A stretch of 61,202 bases of DNA, counting the filler. It is 9 parts of 9 records of this genome, joined end to end, with 100 filler letters (N's around TTAATTAATTAA, not from the genome) between each part and the next. Parts side by side here need not be neighbours in the genome. Positions count along the whole stretch, not along the records: positions 1 to 5,939 come from SRR31147125_9056; positions 6,040 to 14,025 come from SRR31147125_9061; 7 more parts are not named here. The stretch is one strand, 5' to 3'. Both the position numbers and the translations under genes were made by a program. This document shows, piece by piece, positions 1-8,982 of this stretch; within the stretch, counting starts at the first letter, position 1; each line of letters begins with the position of its first letter. The notes beneath the pieces are model-generated. The model searched no databases. It was not told the DNA's origin and worked only from the letters and a program-made list of their open reading frames with translations.

Positions 1-465
1 TACGGTTACGAAGACGATTTTACACGCGACCTTCGCGACAGGGGTAAAAACGATGCAAAATTAGTAAGCCAGGAACTAAAAAAACAGGGCGTTTCACCCG
101 ACGAAATGGTTTCGAGCCCTGCAAAACGCGCCATAAAAACAGCACGTATTTTTGCTGAAAATCTCGATTTCGAAAGAAGTAAGATTGTTGAGATTGAAGA
201 TATTTACGACGGATTAACAACGAACGAATTTCTCGGCATTATTCAGGAATTGCCGGTTGATGCCAACACTGTATTTTTCTTTGGCCACAATCCGGGCTTT
301 TACTATTACGTTTGCAACCTTTTGGAAGAGTTTTTCGGCGACATGCCAACCACATCGACCGTTGGGATTGATTTTGATGTAAATACCTGGCAAGAGGTTA
401 AAACGAGAAGCGGAAAATTGGCTTTTCAATTGATTCCGAAAATGTTAAAACCCAACAAACTTTAA
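1..465 (+). CDS. sixA: SixA-type histidine phosphatase (5' truncated)
   Basis: Frame 1 is open from base 1 (YGYEDDFTRDLRDRG...SSPAKRAIKTA...FGHNPG...MPT), matching SixA motifs. The RH motif lies before the window. Confidence 0.85.
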   Translation, partial: YGYEDDFTRDLRDRGKNDAKLVSQELKKQGVSPDEMVSSPAKRAIKTARIFAENLDFERSKIVEIEDIYDGLTTNEFLGIIQELPVDANTVFFFGHNPGFYYYVCNLLEEFFGDMPTTSTVGIDFDVNTWQEVKTRSGKLAFQLIPKMLKPNKL

Positions 466-486
466 ATTAGAACACTTAACTAGCGA

Positions 487-1188
487 ATGCAACTTTTTTA
501 CGTTCCAAATATTTCCGGCTCCGAGATAACATTAAACGAAACTGAATCGAAACACGCTGTTCGGGTTTTACGACTTTCGAATGGCGATAGAGTACAAATT
601 GTTGACGGAGTTGGTGGTTTTTACGAAGCCAAAATTTCGGATGCACATCCCAAAAGATGTAAACTTTCAATTGTTGAATCGCAAAAGGATTTTGGAAAGA
701 AAAATTTCAAACTGCACATTGCCATTGCGCCTACCAAAAACATCGATCGTTTTGAATGGTTTCTTGAAAAATGCACCGAAATTGGCATCGACGAAATAAC
801 CCCAATTGTATCTGAACATTCGGAACGCAAGGTAATTAAGCCCGAACGATTGGAAAAAATCCTGGTGTCGGCCATGAAACAATCGGTGAAAGCATACCTG
901 CCAAAGCTGAATGAATTAACACAATATAAAAAATTCATTACCGACTCTTTCCCTGGTAAAAAATTCATTGCACACTGCAACGACGGCGAAAAAATTCATT
1001 TGAAAAATATTGCTGAACCTGGTGACGATGTTCTAATTCTGATAGGCCCCGAAGGCGACTTTAGCCCCGAAGAAGTAGAGTTGGCAAAAGAAAACGGATT
1101 CTCTGAAATATCACTTGGAACAGCCCGTTTACGCACCGAAACAGCGGGAGTTGTGGCTTGCCATATTGTTAATTTGACGAATGAATAA
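487..1188 (+). CDS. rsmE: 16S rRNA m3U1498 methyltransferase RsmE
   Basis: HAVRVLR, EKCTEIG, IGPEGDFS and LGTARLRTETAG SPOUT motifs. Confidence 0.95.
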   Translation: MQLFYVPNISGSEITLNETESKHAVRVLRLSNGDRVQIVDGVGGFYEAKISDAHPKRCKLSIVESQKDFGKKNFKLHIAIAPTKNIDRFEWFLEKCTEIGIDEITPIVSEHSERKVIKPERLEKILVSAMKQSVKAYLPKLNELTQYKKFITDSFPGKKFIAHCNDGEKIHLKNIAEPGDDVLILIGPEGDFSPEEVELAKENGFSEISLGTARLRTETAGVVACHIVNLTNE

Positions 1189-1257
1189 GCAGTCTTCAGT
1201 TGGCAGTCAACAGTCGGCAGTCTTCAGTCGGCAGTTCTCAGTTGGCAGTCAGCAGTC
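1188..1257. repeat. Tandem array of ten degenerate heptamers NNCAGTY
   Basis: agcagtc ttcagtt ggcagtc aacagtc ggcagtc ttcagtc ggcagtt ctcagtt ggcagtc agcagtc, exact 7-nt period. Confidence 0.9.
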
Positions 1258-1264
1258 TCAAAAA

Positions 1265-1345
1265 CAATCAATCACAATAAAATTCCATCAATTACAATCA
1301 ATCTCTATCAATCCCCTCAATCTCTTTCAATCTCCACAATCCTTC
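1265..1345. repeat. Degenerate 9-10 nt tandem repeat with TCAAT core
   Basis: TCAAT at 1268, 1288, 1298, 1308, 1317 and 1327, plus variants. Confidence 0.75.
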
Positions 1346-1368
1346 ATCTAAGAAAATTTGGCATAACC

Positions 1369-1396
1369 CATCAAGTATCCAGAATCAAGTATCGAC
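1369..1396. repeat. Four heptamers NATCNAG-like
   Basis: catcaag tatccag aatcaag tatcgac. Confidence 0.65.
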
Positions 1397-1399
1397 AAA

Positions 1400-2383
1400 C
1401 TATTTCCCATCAAACCGATAAACAATAGACAATTGCTGCGACACATCCATCCTGTCGTTATTCACGTAATGAAGCGAATAGTTAAACCTTCCTGTTACAT
1501 TTTTGTGTTGTACAAAATTCCATATTAAATCTGTTCTCCAGTAATTTTTCTGACGGTAGAACCAATCGCCCATTGGGAAATTATGCCCGTCGCCCGAATG
1601 CAATGTTGAATTTACCGCTAAACTTTTGTACGACATATCGAGCTTGGCAATAAAACTCAAACTGGAATTAAAGCCATCGCTTACTCCGCGTTCGCGATAG
1701 GCAGAACCTAAAACACCTGCACTAAATTTTGCATTAAAAAATTCTCTTTCATTTAAGGTGTAAGCTCCCATTACCGAATAGCCATTATAATCTATCACAT
1801 GGTCGTCGGGAATAGCTATTCCGGGACCTGCGTAGTGATACATTAACACATAGTTTTCGAGAGTAAACGGACCTAAATACATTTCACCCGATGTACCGGC
1901 CAAAAAAGTTTCTCTGTCGTAATCGGTTTGCCTGCTTGTCCAGTCTATAAATGCATTTTGTCGTCCCCAGCTCCATTCATGTTGCCCGTACATTCCTTCA
2001 ATATTCGGGCGATAATACAATAAAGTATCGCTTAACATTGCCAATGGAAAATTAATCAAATCTCTTCGCGGAAATGCCCCAAAGTAAAATTGTGTTTTTT
2101 CCTTATCAATCTGATAATAAAGAATAAGCTTGGGTTGTTGAGCATCTATTTCACTACCAAATTCATACAATTCACTTAGTCCTGCTCTCAGTTTATGCTC
2201 ACCAATTGTTGTTCCTACTTCAAAAGCTCCTCTCGAACCTAAAATGGTATAAGATGCTGCCTTTTCACTCGAAAATTCACGGTTATCACCGATGCCTTCA
2301 AAAAGAACACTATATTCAAACTTTTGCCCTACTGACTGTAAGGTAAAGAGTACCAACACCAAAGGAAATATTAAATGTTTCAT
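1400..2383 (-). CDS. Secreted hypothetical protein, probable outer-membrane beta-barrel
   Basis: Signal peptide, alternating beta-strand pattern, aromatic C-terminal strand (IVYRF). Confidence 0.6.
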   Translation of the reverse strand: MKHLIFPLVLVLFTLQSVGQKFEYSVLFEGIGDNREFSSEKAASYTILGSRGAFEVGTTIGEHKLRAGLSELYEFGSEIDAQQPKLILYYQIDKEKTQFYFGAFPRRDLINFPLAMLSDTLLYYRPNIEGMYGQHEWSWGRQNAFIDWTSRQTDYDRETFLAGTSGEMYLGPFTLENYVLMYHYAGPGIAIPDDHVIDYNGYSVMGAYTLNEREFFNAKFSAGVLGSAYRERGVSDGFNSSLSFIAKLDMSYKSLAVNSTLHSGDGHNFPMGDWFYRQKNYWRTDLIWNFVQHKNVTGRFNYSLHYVNNDRMDVSQQLSIVYRFDGK

Positions 2384-2453
2384 GCTTCAAATTTTCACGG
2401 GCGAATATACTTAATTTTACTACTTTTAGCGCGTTTGTTATCAATCGTTAGCT

Positions 2454-4163
2454 ATGAAAAATACATTAAATAACTATAAGTTTGAAATTGGCTTTATCCT
2501 GTTTACGGTGTTTAACTTTATTCAGGCTATTTTTTACGAAATCCATTACGACGAAGCTTATTATTGGGTGTATTCCAATTTTCTCGACTGGGGTTATTTC
2601 GACCACCCGCCAATGGTTGCGTGGGCTTTAAGTGCAGGCCGACATTTATTCCCGGGCACATTTGGCATCCGTTTCTTTTTTATTTGTATGTCGTCAACCG
2701 GGCTGTTTTTAATCTGGAAAATGATTAAGGATTACAAAGACGATCCGCTTTTATATTGGGCCATAGTATTTTCCATAACCTTATTTATACCCTATACTTT
2801 CTTTGCTATTCCCGACATTCCAATTTTCTTTTTCACCATTGTATATTTTTACTTTTATCGTTCATTTCTGAAAAAAGAATCATTTGGAAGTGCCTTATTA
2901 TTAGGTCTCGCAGCTGCCTTAATGATATACTCCAAGTACCATGCGGTACTCATATTTTTCTTCACCTTCCTATCTAACCTGAAACTAATTAGAAGTAAAT
3001 ATGCATGGATAGCTGTTGGTTTTGCCTTGTTATTTACCATGCCACACTGGTACTGGCAATACGCCAACAATTTTCCGAGTATTCGTTATCAATTGGTGGG
3101 CAACCATCAAAAAACTTATACCATTGGTGCGACACTTGAATATTTAGGCGGACAACTTGTTGCAACGGGTCTGTTAACAGGTTGGCTGTTATTGTACGCT
3201 GCCACAAAAAGTAAGGTAAAAGATGAATGGGAACGCTCGCTAAAATTCACTTTTCTCGGTGTTTTTATATTCTTTTTCCTCACCACATTTAGCGGCGACA
3301 TTGAAAACCACTGGACCTTTGTAGCCTATATTCCAATGCTAATGCTGGCGTTTATGTTTCTAACAAAACAAGAGCGTTTAAGGCGTTTAACCTTAAAACT
3401 TGGCCTTATAAGTTTTATTCTTTTTTCATTGGTAAGAATTGCAATAATGGTTGCTACAAACAGTATTTACACCGACCTTGCCTTGAAACATTTCCATAAC
3501 GACAAACAATATGAAGAGCTACACAAACAAATTGGCGATTACCCGGTAGTTACTCAAACAACTTATGCAAAAGCAGCTTTATATGCTTATTTTGCCCATA
3601 AACCCAAAGAATCGTTCACGCTCTCAAATGGGTTCTACCACCCTACTCAATTCGATTTCTATCCGACCGAGGAATATTTGCAGGGTAAAACGGTTTGTTA
3701 CATGGCCGTTGACAGTACATTTTTACCGGGGGAATACAGAACCATTCCTACTGTACGACGTAATTGGTACGTAAAAAAAGTAGAGAATTTTCGTTCCTAC
3801 GGATTACTTCAGCTTAAAATGGAAGAAGAAGAAGAAGCCATTAAGTTGCAGAACAATAAAATTACTGTACCCGAAATTACCCTAAGCAATCCGTATAAAC
3901 GTAAAATTAAGTTGAATGAAAATCCTAAGTTGGCGGCTCACTTTCAATGCTACGTAAAAGATGGCAAAAAATGGAAGCTTGTTGATTCTGTTGACATTGA
4001 TAATATTGAATTGAAGGCAGAAGAAAGTCACGCAGTAAGCAACATTTCATTTACGCTTCCTGAATGGATAGAACCGGGAGAACAACTGTTTTTTATTGGC
4101 ATAAATAACGGTTTTTTTAAACCTGTTCAATCGCATGTTGAGGTTGTTCTGAATGTTGAATAA
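2454..4163 (+). CDS. ArnT/GT39-family (PMT-like) membrane glycosyltransferase
   Basis: DEAYYW, YFDHPPM and SKY motifs; many TM helices; C-terminal soluble domain. Confidence 0.85.
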   Translation: MKNTLNNYKFEIGFILFTVFNFIQAIFYEIHYDEAYYWVYSNFLDWGYFDHPPMVAWALSAGRHLFPGTFGIRFFFICMSSTGLFLIWKMIKDYKDDPLLYWAIVFSITLFIPYTFFAIPDIPIFFFTIVYFYFYRSFLKKESFGSALLLGLAAALMIYSKYHAVLIFFFTFLSNLKLIRSKYAWIAVGFALLFTMPHWYWQYANNFPSIRYQLVGNHQKTYTIGATLEYLGGQLVATGLLTGWLLLYAATKSKVKDEWERSLKFTFLGVFIFFFLTTFSGDIENHWTFVAYIPMLMLAFMFLTKQERLRRLTLKLGLISFILFSLVRIAIMVATNSIYTDLALKHFHNDKQYEELHKQIGDYPVVTQTTYAKAALYAYFAHKPKESFTLSNGFYHPTQFDFYPTEEYLQGKTVCYMAVDSTFLPGEYRTIPTVRRNWYVKKVENFRSYGLLQLKMEEEEEAIKLQNNKITVPEITLSNPYKRKIKLNENPKLAAHFQCYVKDGKKWKLVDSVDIDNIELKAEESHAVSNISFTLPEWIEPGEQLFFIGINNGFFKPVQSHVEVVLNVE

Positions 4164-4229
4164 ACGCAACTGGCAATTTGTAATTTTTTCTTTTCAAGCA
4201 CTAATCGTATTTTTCGGAAAAATTAGCAC

Positions 4230-4883
4230 ATGAGGATTCTCTTATTTATAATTACACTTTTAATATCGCTTACAACAGTAGCACAAAACAGCAGCGTAAA
4301 AATTGCTTTGCTGAAATATAACGGTGGCGGCGACTGGTATTCAGATCCCACTGCCCTGCCCAACCTGATTGACTATTGCAATAAAAACTTAAACTGCAAT
4401 ATCAATCCCGAGCCATCGACCATTGAAATTGGCAGCCCCGAGATTTTTAATTTTCCGTTTGTGCATTTAACAGGTCACGGAAATATAATATTTTCTGAAA
4501 ATGAAGCGATGAACCTGCGCGTTTATCTTGAAGGAGGTGGATTTCTTCACGTAGACGATAATTACGGATTAGACGAATATATCCGCCGCGAAATGAAAAA
4601 GGTTTTCCCCGATAAAGATTTTGTGGAGCTGCCTCCATCCCACCCTATTTTTCACCAGAAATACGATTTTAACCAAGGCATACCGAAAATTCACGAACAC
4701 GATAATAAACCGCCGCAGGCCTTTGGTATTTTTATTGAAGACCGGATGGTTTGCCTTTACACCTACGAAACCGACCTTGGCGATGGCTGGGAAGATGCCG
4801 ATGTGCACAATGATTCGGCAGACCTGCGCGAAAAAGCCCTGAATATGGGGGCGAATATTATTTCGTTTGTCTTTAATCAGTAA
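4230..4883 (+). CDS. DUF4159 domain protein
   Basis: KYNGGGDWY, LTGHG, GGFLHVDDNYGLD, DLGDGWED. Confidence 0.85.
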   Translation: MRILLFIITLLISLTTVAQNSSVKIALLKYNGGGDWYSDPTALPNLIDYCNKNLNCNINPEPSTIEIGSPEIFNFPFVHLTGHGNIIFSENEAMNLRVYLEGGGFLHVDDNYGLDEYIRREMKKVFPDKDFVELPPSHPIFHQKYDFNQGIPKIHEHDNKPPQAFGIFIEDRMVCLYTYETDLGDGWEDADVHNDSADLREKALNMGANIISFVFNQ

Positions 4884-5010
4884 TGCATTAAGGCGAAAAT
4901 AAAGGAATGCAGCAATTCTCTCCGGCACATTCTATGTTTTTCTTAATTTTATAACTTGAAGAATAAATCATTAATGCATTTAAGCACTAAATAATTACAG
5001 CATTTATATT

Positions 5011-5583
5011 ATGAAAATAGTAGCCATTAACGGAAGCCCCCGACGAAACGGAAATACCTCAATTCTTATCGATGAAATGTTTAAAATTTTCGAAGCCGAA
5101 GGAATAGAAACTGAAATGATACAGATTGGTAACAAACCGGTTCATGGATGTACAGCCTGCGGAAAATGCAGAGAAATTCAGGACGGAAAATGCCAGATAA
5201 AAAACGATCACTTGAACCATTGTATTGAAAAAATGGTAGAAGCCGATGGAATAATTTTGGGCTCACCCGTTTATTTTTCGGATGTTACAACCGAAATGAA
5301 GGCTTTAATAGATGTGGCAGGTTATGTTACGCGCGGCAACGGACATTTACTAAAACGAAAATTAGGAGCAGGAATTATTTCTGTTCGCAGAGGCGGTGCT
5401 TTACCAACCTTCGATACCATGAACCGCTTTTTCCTGATTAACCAAATGATTGTACCGGGCTCGACCTATTGGAATTTTGCTTTTGGTAAAAACCCGGGCG
5501 ATGTACTAAATGATGAAGAAGGTATACAAACCATGCGGACTTTGGCTGAAAATATGGCTTGGTTGCTGAAAAAGCTAAACTAA
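5011..5583 (+). CDS. Iron-sulfur flavoprotein / multimeric flavodoxin (WrbA-like)
   Basis: GSPRRNGNT, CxxCxxC-x6-C cluster motif, GSPVYF, RRGG. Confidence 0.9.
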   Translation: MKIVAINGSPRRNGNTSILIDEMFKIFEAEGIETEMIQIGNKPVHGCTACGKCREIQDGKCQIKNDHLNHCIEKMVEADGIILGSPVYFSDVTTEMKALIDVAGYVTRGNGHLLKRKLGAGIISVRRGGALPTFDTMNRFFLINQMIVPGSTYWNFAFGKNPGDVLNDEEGIQTMRTLAENMAWLLKKLN

Positions 5584-5605
5584 ATTCTGCACCCCTTTTT
5601 TACAC

Positions 5606-5741
5606 CCGTCCTTTAGGGCGGTGATTAGACTGAATAGCATGTAACTCTCAATTTTGAAGATTTTTGTAAATTTTTATTCTACAAAAATCTTCAAAATTTA
5701 TTCAGGATATAAACTTCCAAAACCACCGCCCTGAAGGACGG
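5606..5741. repeat. REP/REPIN-like nested inverted-repeat element
   Basis: CCGTCCTTTAGGGCGGTG (5606-5623) and its inverted copy CACCGCCCTGAAGGACGG (5724-5741, one mismatch) enclose a perfect 19-bp inverted repeat (5650-5668 / 5680-5698). Confidence 0.7.
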
Positions 5742-5829
5742 TTCAATATTCAATTTGAATTCAATTAAATAAGAAAAGGCACCCAAATCAGGATGCCTCA
5801 TATTGCTTGAACATTGTTTAATCGTTCCA

Positions 5830-5939
5830 TTATTTTTCATCATCAGGAACGAATTCTAAAATATCGCCGGGTTGGCAATCGAGTATTTTGCAAATGGCTT
5901 CCATAGTGGAAAAACGAATGGCTTTCGCTTTTCCTTTTT
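5830..5939 (-). CDS. YozG-type XRE helix-turn-helix regulator, C-terminal part (contig edge)
   Basis: Translates as KGKAKAIRFSTMEAICKILDCQPGDILEFVPDDEK*. Missing from the ORF track. Confidence 0.85.
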
Positions 5940-6039
5940 NNNNNNNNNNNNNNNNNNNNNNNNNNNNNNNNNNNNNNNNNNNNTTAATTAATTAANNNNN
6001 NNNNNNNNNNNNNNNNNNNNNNNNNNNNNNNNNNNNNNN
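5940..6039. other. Artificial contig spacer
   Basis: 44 N + TTAATTAATTAA (stops in all frames) + 44 N. Confidence 0.99.
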
Positions 6040-6521
6040 ATGGGCAGTTCAGCCGACATGGGCATATGAATTGTGACCCTGTCACCTCGTTTCAGTCCTG
6101 CAAAATCGCGTAGAAGTGCGGCAAATTCGTTAACCCTGACATAAAGCTCCTGGTAAGTGATGTGATCGACTCTTTCCTCTTCAAGTTCAGGAACAAAATG
6201 GATGGCAGTTTTATTCTTGTTTTCTGCGAGATGACGATCAATGCAATTGTAACTTGCATTGATTTTTCCGCCTTTGAACCATTTCCAGCATGGGGCGTCG
6301 CTGGTATCCAGAACTTCATCCCAATATTTGTACCAGGTGAGCAGTTCTGCATATTCCGTAAAACAATCGGGGAAATTATCTAAGCTGAATCGTTCAAAAA
6401 TATCAGGATCCGTCATATTGGCCTGACCAATGAATTTGCTTGAAGGATAGTAGTAGTCTTCTTCCTGCCAGTGAACTGCAATCTGCGCCTCGGTGGTTTC
6501 CATTACTTGTTTTTCGCCCAT
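6040..6521 (-). CDS. acs: Acetyl-CoA synthetase, N-terminal part
   Basis: WFKGGKINASYNCIDRH, ITYQELY...VNEFA, GDRVTIHMPM; AGGAG RBS. Confidence 0.9.
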
Positions 6522-7213
6522 TAGTTTTCTCCTATACGTTGTATGAGGATTGACATGTGAAGCGGTGATTGGTTAATCGAAAATGCCTTAAACATGCAGA
6601 ATGTCATCCTAATTTTCGCGTGATCCGTGATCAGCGATGAAAAAGACCCACATTTGCAGTGGTTAATTCAAGTCAATTAACGAATGACCGGATTCAGATA
6701 TTAAGAACAATCTAGATGACGTCGTTCGATATGGATTCGCTCACTATTTAATCACAAAGTGTAACGGAATATCGAGACAAATACATTTAGATTTGTTACT
6801 CCGAAATTAAGAATGTTTAATAAAAATTGTATAGTGTTTTTGTGGCAACCGTATAGTTTGCTTTCATATACGCTGCCGTCAAGATATCCAAAACTATATG
6901 ATATTAAGGAAAGAGAACTTTAGATATCCTGTAAGGTAAAGAAATGAAATTATTGGAGTATCGCTCGTTATTTTTCGGTGGTTCCCGCTAACACAGAATT
7001 TTTCAATTCTCAATGAGTGCCTTAGTTCTGAATTCTTGCCGAAAATACAAGAAAATGGAGTGGCATGAGGTATATGGGTTTCGAGGTTCCCACATTAGAA
7101 AACGAGTTATAGAACAATCTAATTGCATTAGAATCGAGTTTATTCATGTGTTGTGAGGTAGGCGGCTTGACATGTCTTTTTTTGAATATCACCGTACTTC
7201 GATGATTATATTA

Positions 7214-7229
7214 TACAAGATTAATGCCA
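7214..7229 (-). promoter_or_regulatory. Putative sigma54 -24/-12 promoter facing acs
   Basis: Minus strand TGGCATTAATCTTGTA (GG-N10-GT variant of TGGCAC-N5-TTGC). Confidence 0.5.
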
Positions 7230-7446
7230 TTCTTTTTCAATAAGCTTATTTTCTTTGTGTGTTCTATTGGGGGGGATGACGTGAAAAAGTGCGGTATTCT
7301 TATAGTAATGATATAATTGAACATATCAGTTTGATGTAAAAAAAGATGCATTCAAAAGGAATATTTTTTCTTTAATGAAGGCGTAAAATAATGAATTATA
7401 TTCAGTGAGTGATTGGTGATTTTATTTAATAATAAATAACAATACC

Positions 7447-7547
7447 TACAACTTTAGTTGTAAAGTTGCAATGGTTTTTAAGCTAACTATCTAAAATTAA
7501 ACACTATTGTTTGTATTAATAAAGGTTGTAGTAACAACTTAAGTTGT
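7447..7547. promoter_or_regulatory. Two palindromic putative enhancer (UAS) sites ACAACTTWAGTTGT
   Basis: TACAACTTTAGTTGTA at 7447-7462 and ACAACTTAAGTTGT at 7534-7547, about 220 and 305 nt upstream of the sigma54 site. Confidence 0.55.
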
Positions 7548-8974
7548 AGTGGTTTTGTCGGACTGGTGGTGTTGAATTTTTTTAATCGCTTGTTAACGGC
7601 TTGTTGCGAAATTCCGAGTAACCTGGCTGCCATGGATTGATTGCCTTTGGTACGCTTTAAGGCTTCAAGAAGTAGGGCACGTGTGGTCTCTTCAATGGTA
7701 GGTAAATTGGCTGGAAAGGTAATGGTGTTGGCGTAGTTCGGTGCTTTACTTTGAGGGGGATCATGGCGCTGTGAAGCAATATATTCGTTGAAAACCGTCA
7801 TGGAGAGCATTCCTTTTTCGTGTCTGCTGACGGCATCGAAAATCATTGCCTGAAGCTCCCGGATATTACCGGGAAACGTGTATGTTTGAAGAAGCGTAAT
7901 CAGCTCCTTTGGGTAACTGATTCTCTTTATGGTTGCTGTTTTCGCGGCTTGTTCAATGAAATGTTCCAGCAATAAAGGAATATCGTCCAGCCGCTGTCGT
8001 AATGGGGGAATATGAATATGATGGATTTGGAGTCTGTAAAGAAGGTCTTTTCGAAATTTACCTTCTTGTTGCAGGGTTTTCAGATTTTCATTTGTTGAAG
8101 CCAGTATTCGAACATTTGCTTTTTTGGTTTTGTCCATTCCCAATGGTCGATATTCGGATTCTTGCAATACTCTTAATAACTTGATTTGTGAAGCCATGCT
8201 CAAATCGCCGATTTCATCCAATAACAGAGAGCCGCCGGCAGCCCGTTCAATAAGTCCTTCACGTTGAACATCTGCACCGGTAAATGCTCCTTTTACATGT
8301 CCGAAGAGTGTATCGGCGAAAATATTATCATCAAGACCTGCAACGTTCACGGTAACAAAATTTCCGGAGCGTCCGCTGGCAGCGTGAATCGATGTTGCAA
8401 TCAGCTCCTTTCCAACCCCGGTTTCGCCGGTAATGAGAACTCCGTGACAGGTTTTGGCAATGGAGTCGATATATTTAAAAATGGAGAGCATTTTCCTGTT
8501 ATTGGTAATGATATCAGAAAAAACGGTGATATCTTCCAGCTCATCCGTCAATATATGATTCTTCAAAGCACGGTTTTCACGTTGCAGTTCATTGAAGCTT
8601 TGCGCTTTGGTGATCGTTGTAATGAGGCGTTCCGATTCAATGGGTTTGACAAGATAATCATAAGCACCGCTTTTAATGCATTGTACCGTTGTTTCCGTAT
8701 CCGCGGCCACTGTGGCAATGACGACCGGTATATCGGGAAAGTTGGAGGAAATTTTCAACAACAGGTCCTGCCCGCTGATGTGGGGCATTGTCAAATCGAG
8801 TATGATGACGTCTGCATGGTGCATCTCGATGAGATCCAGTGCGTTTCGGCTGTCCGGACAGGTAATGATATTATTGAATCCGGCCATTCGAAGCGTGGTT
8901 TCCATCGCAAGTAAAATGGCTTCTTCATCATCGATAATAATAATGGGATTTGTTGGATTGACATTTTTTTTCAT
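7487..8974 (-). CDS. NtrC-family sigma54-dependent response regulator
   Basis: REC domain, GETGVGKE, GAFTGA, LLLDEIG, PGNIREL, Fis-type HTH. Confidence 0.95.
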   Translation of the reverse strand: MKKNVNPTNPIIIIDDEEAILLAMETTLRMAGFNNIITCPDSRNALDLIEMHHADVIILDLTMPHISGQDLLLKISSNFPDIPVVIATVAADTETTVQCIKSGAYDYLVKPIESERLITTITKAQSFNELQRENRALKNHILTDELEDITVFSDIITNNRKMLSIFKYIDSIAKTCHGVLITGETGVGKELIATSIHAASGRSGNFVTVNVAGLDDNIFADTLFGHVKGAFTGADVQREGLIERAAGGSLLLDEIGDLSMASQIKLLRVLQESEYRPLGMDKTKKANVRILASTNENLKTLQQEGKFRKDLLYRLQIHHIHIPPLRQRLDDIPLLLEHFIEQAAKTATIKRISYPKELITLLQTYTFPGNIRELQAMIFDAVSRHEKGMLSMTVFNEYIASQRHDPPQSKAPNYANTITFPANLPTIEETTRALLLEALKRTKGNQSMAARLLGISQQAVNKRLKKFNTTSPTKPLQLKLLLQPLLIQTIVFNFR

Positions 8975-8982
8975 TCGATATT

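Noticed and set aside
1188-1396. CRISPR array
   Set aside because: Units are 7-10 nt with no unique spacers, and there are no cas genes.
6843-6861. Plus-strand TGGCA...TTGC sigma54-like site
   Set aside because: Spacing is not GG-N10-GC and no plus-strand gene follows.
8264-8914. 216-aa plus-strand ORF and similar antisense ORFs in the track
   Set aside because: They lie wholly opposite well-supported genes and carry no motifs.
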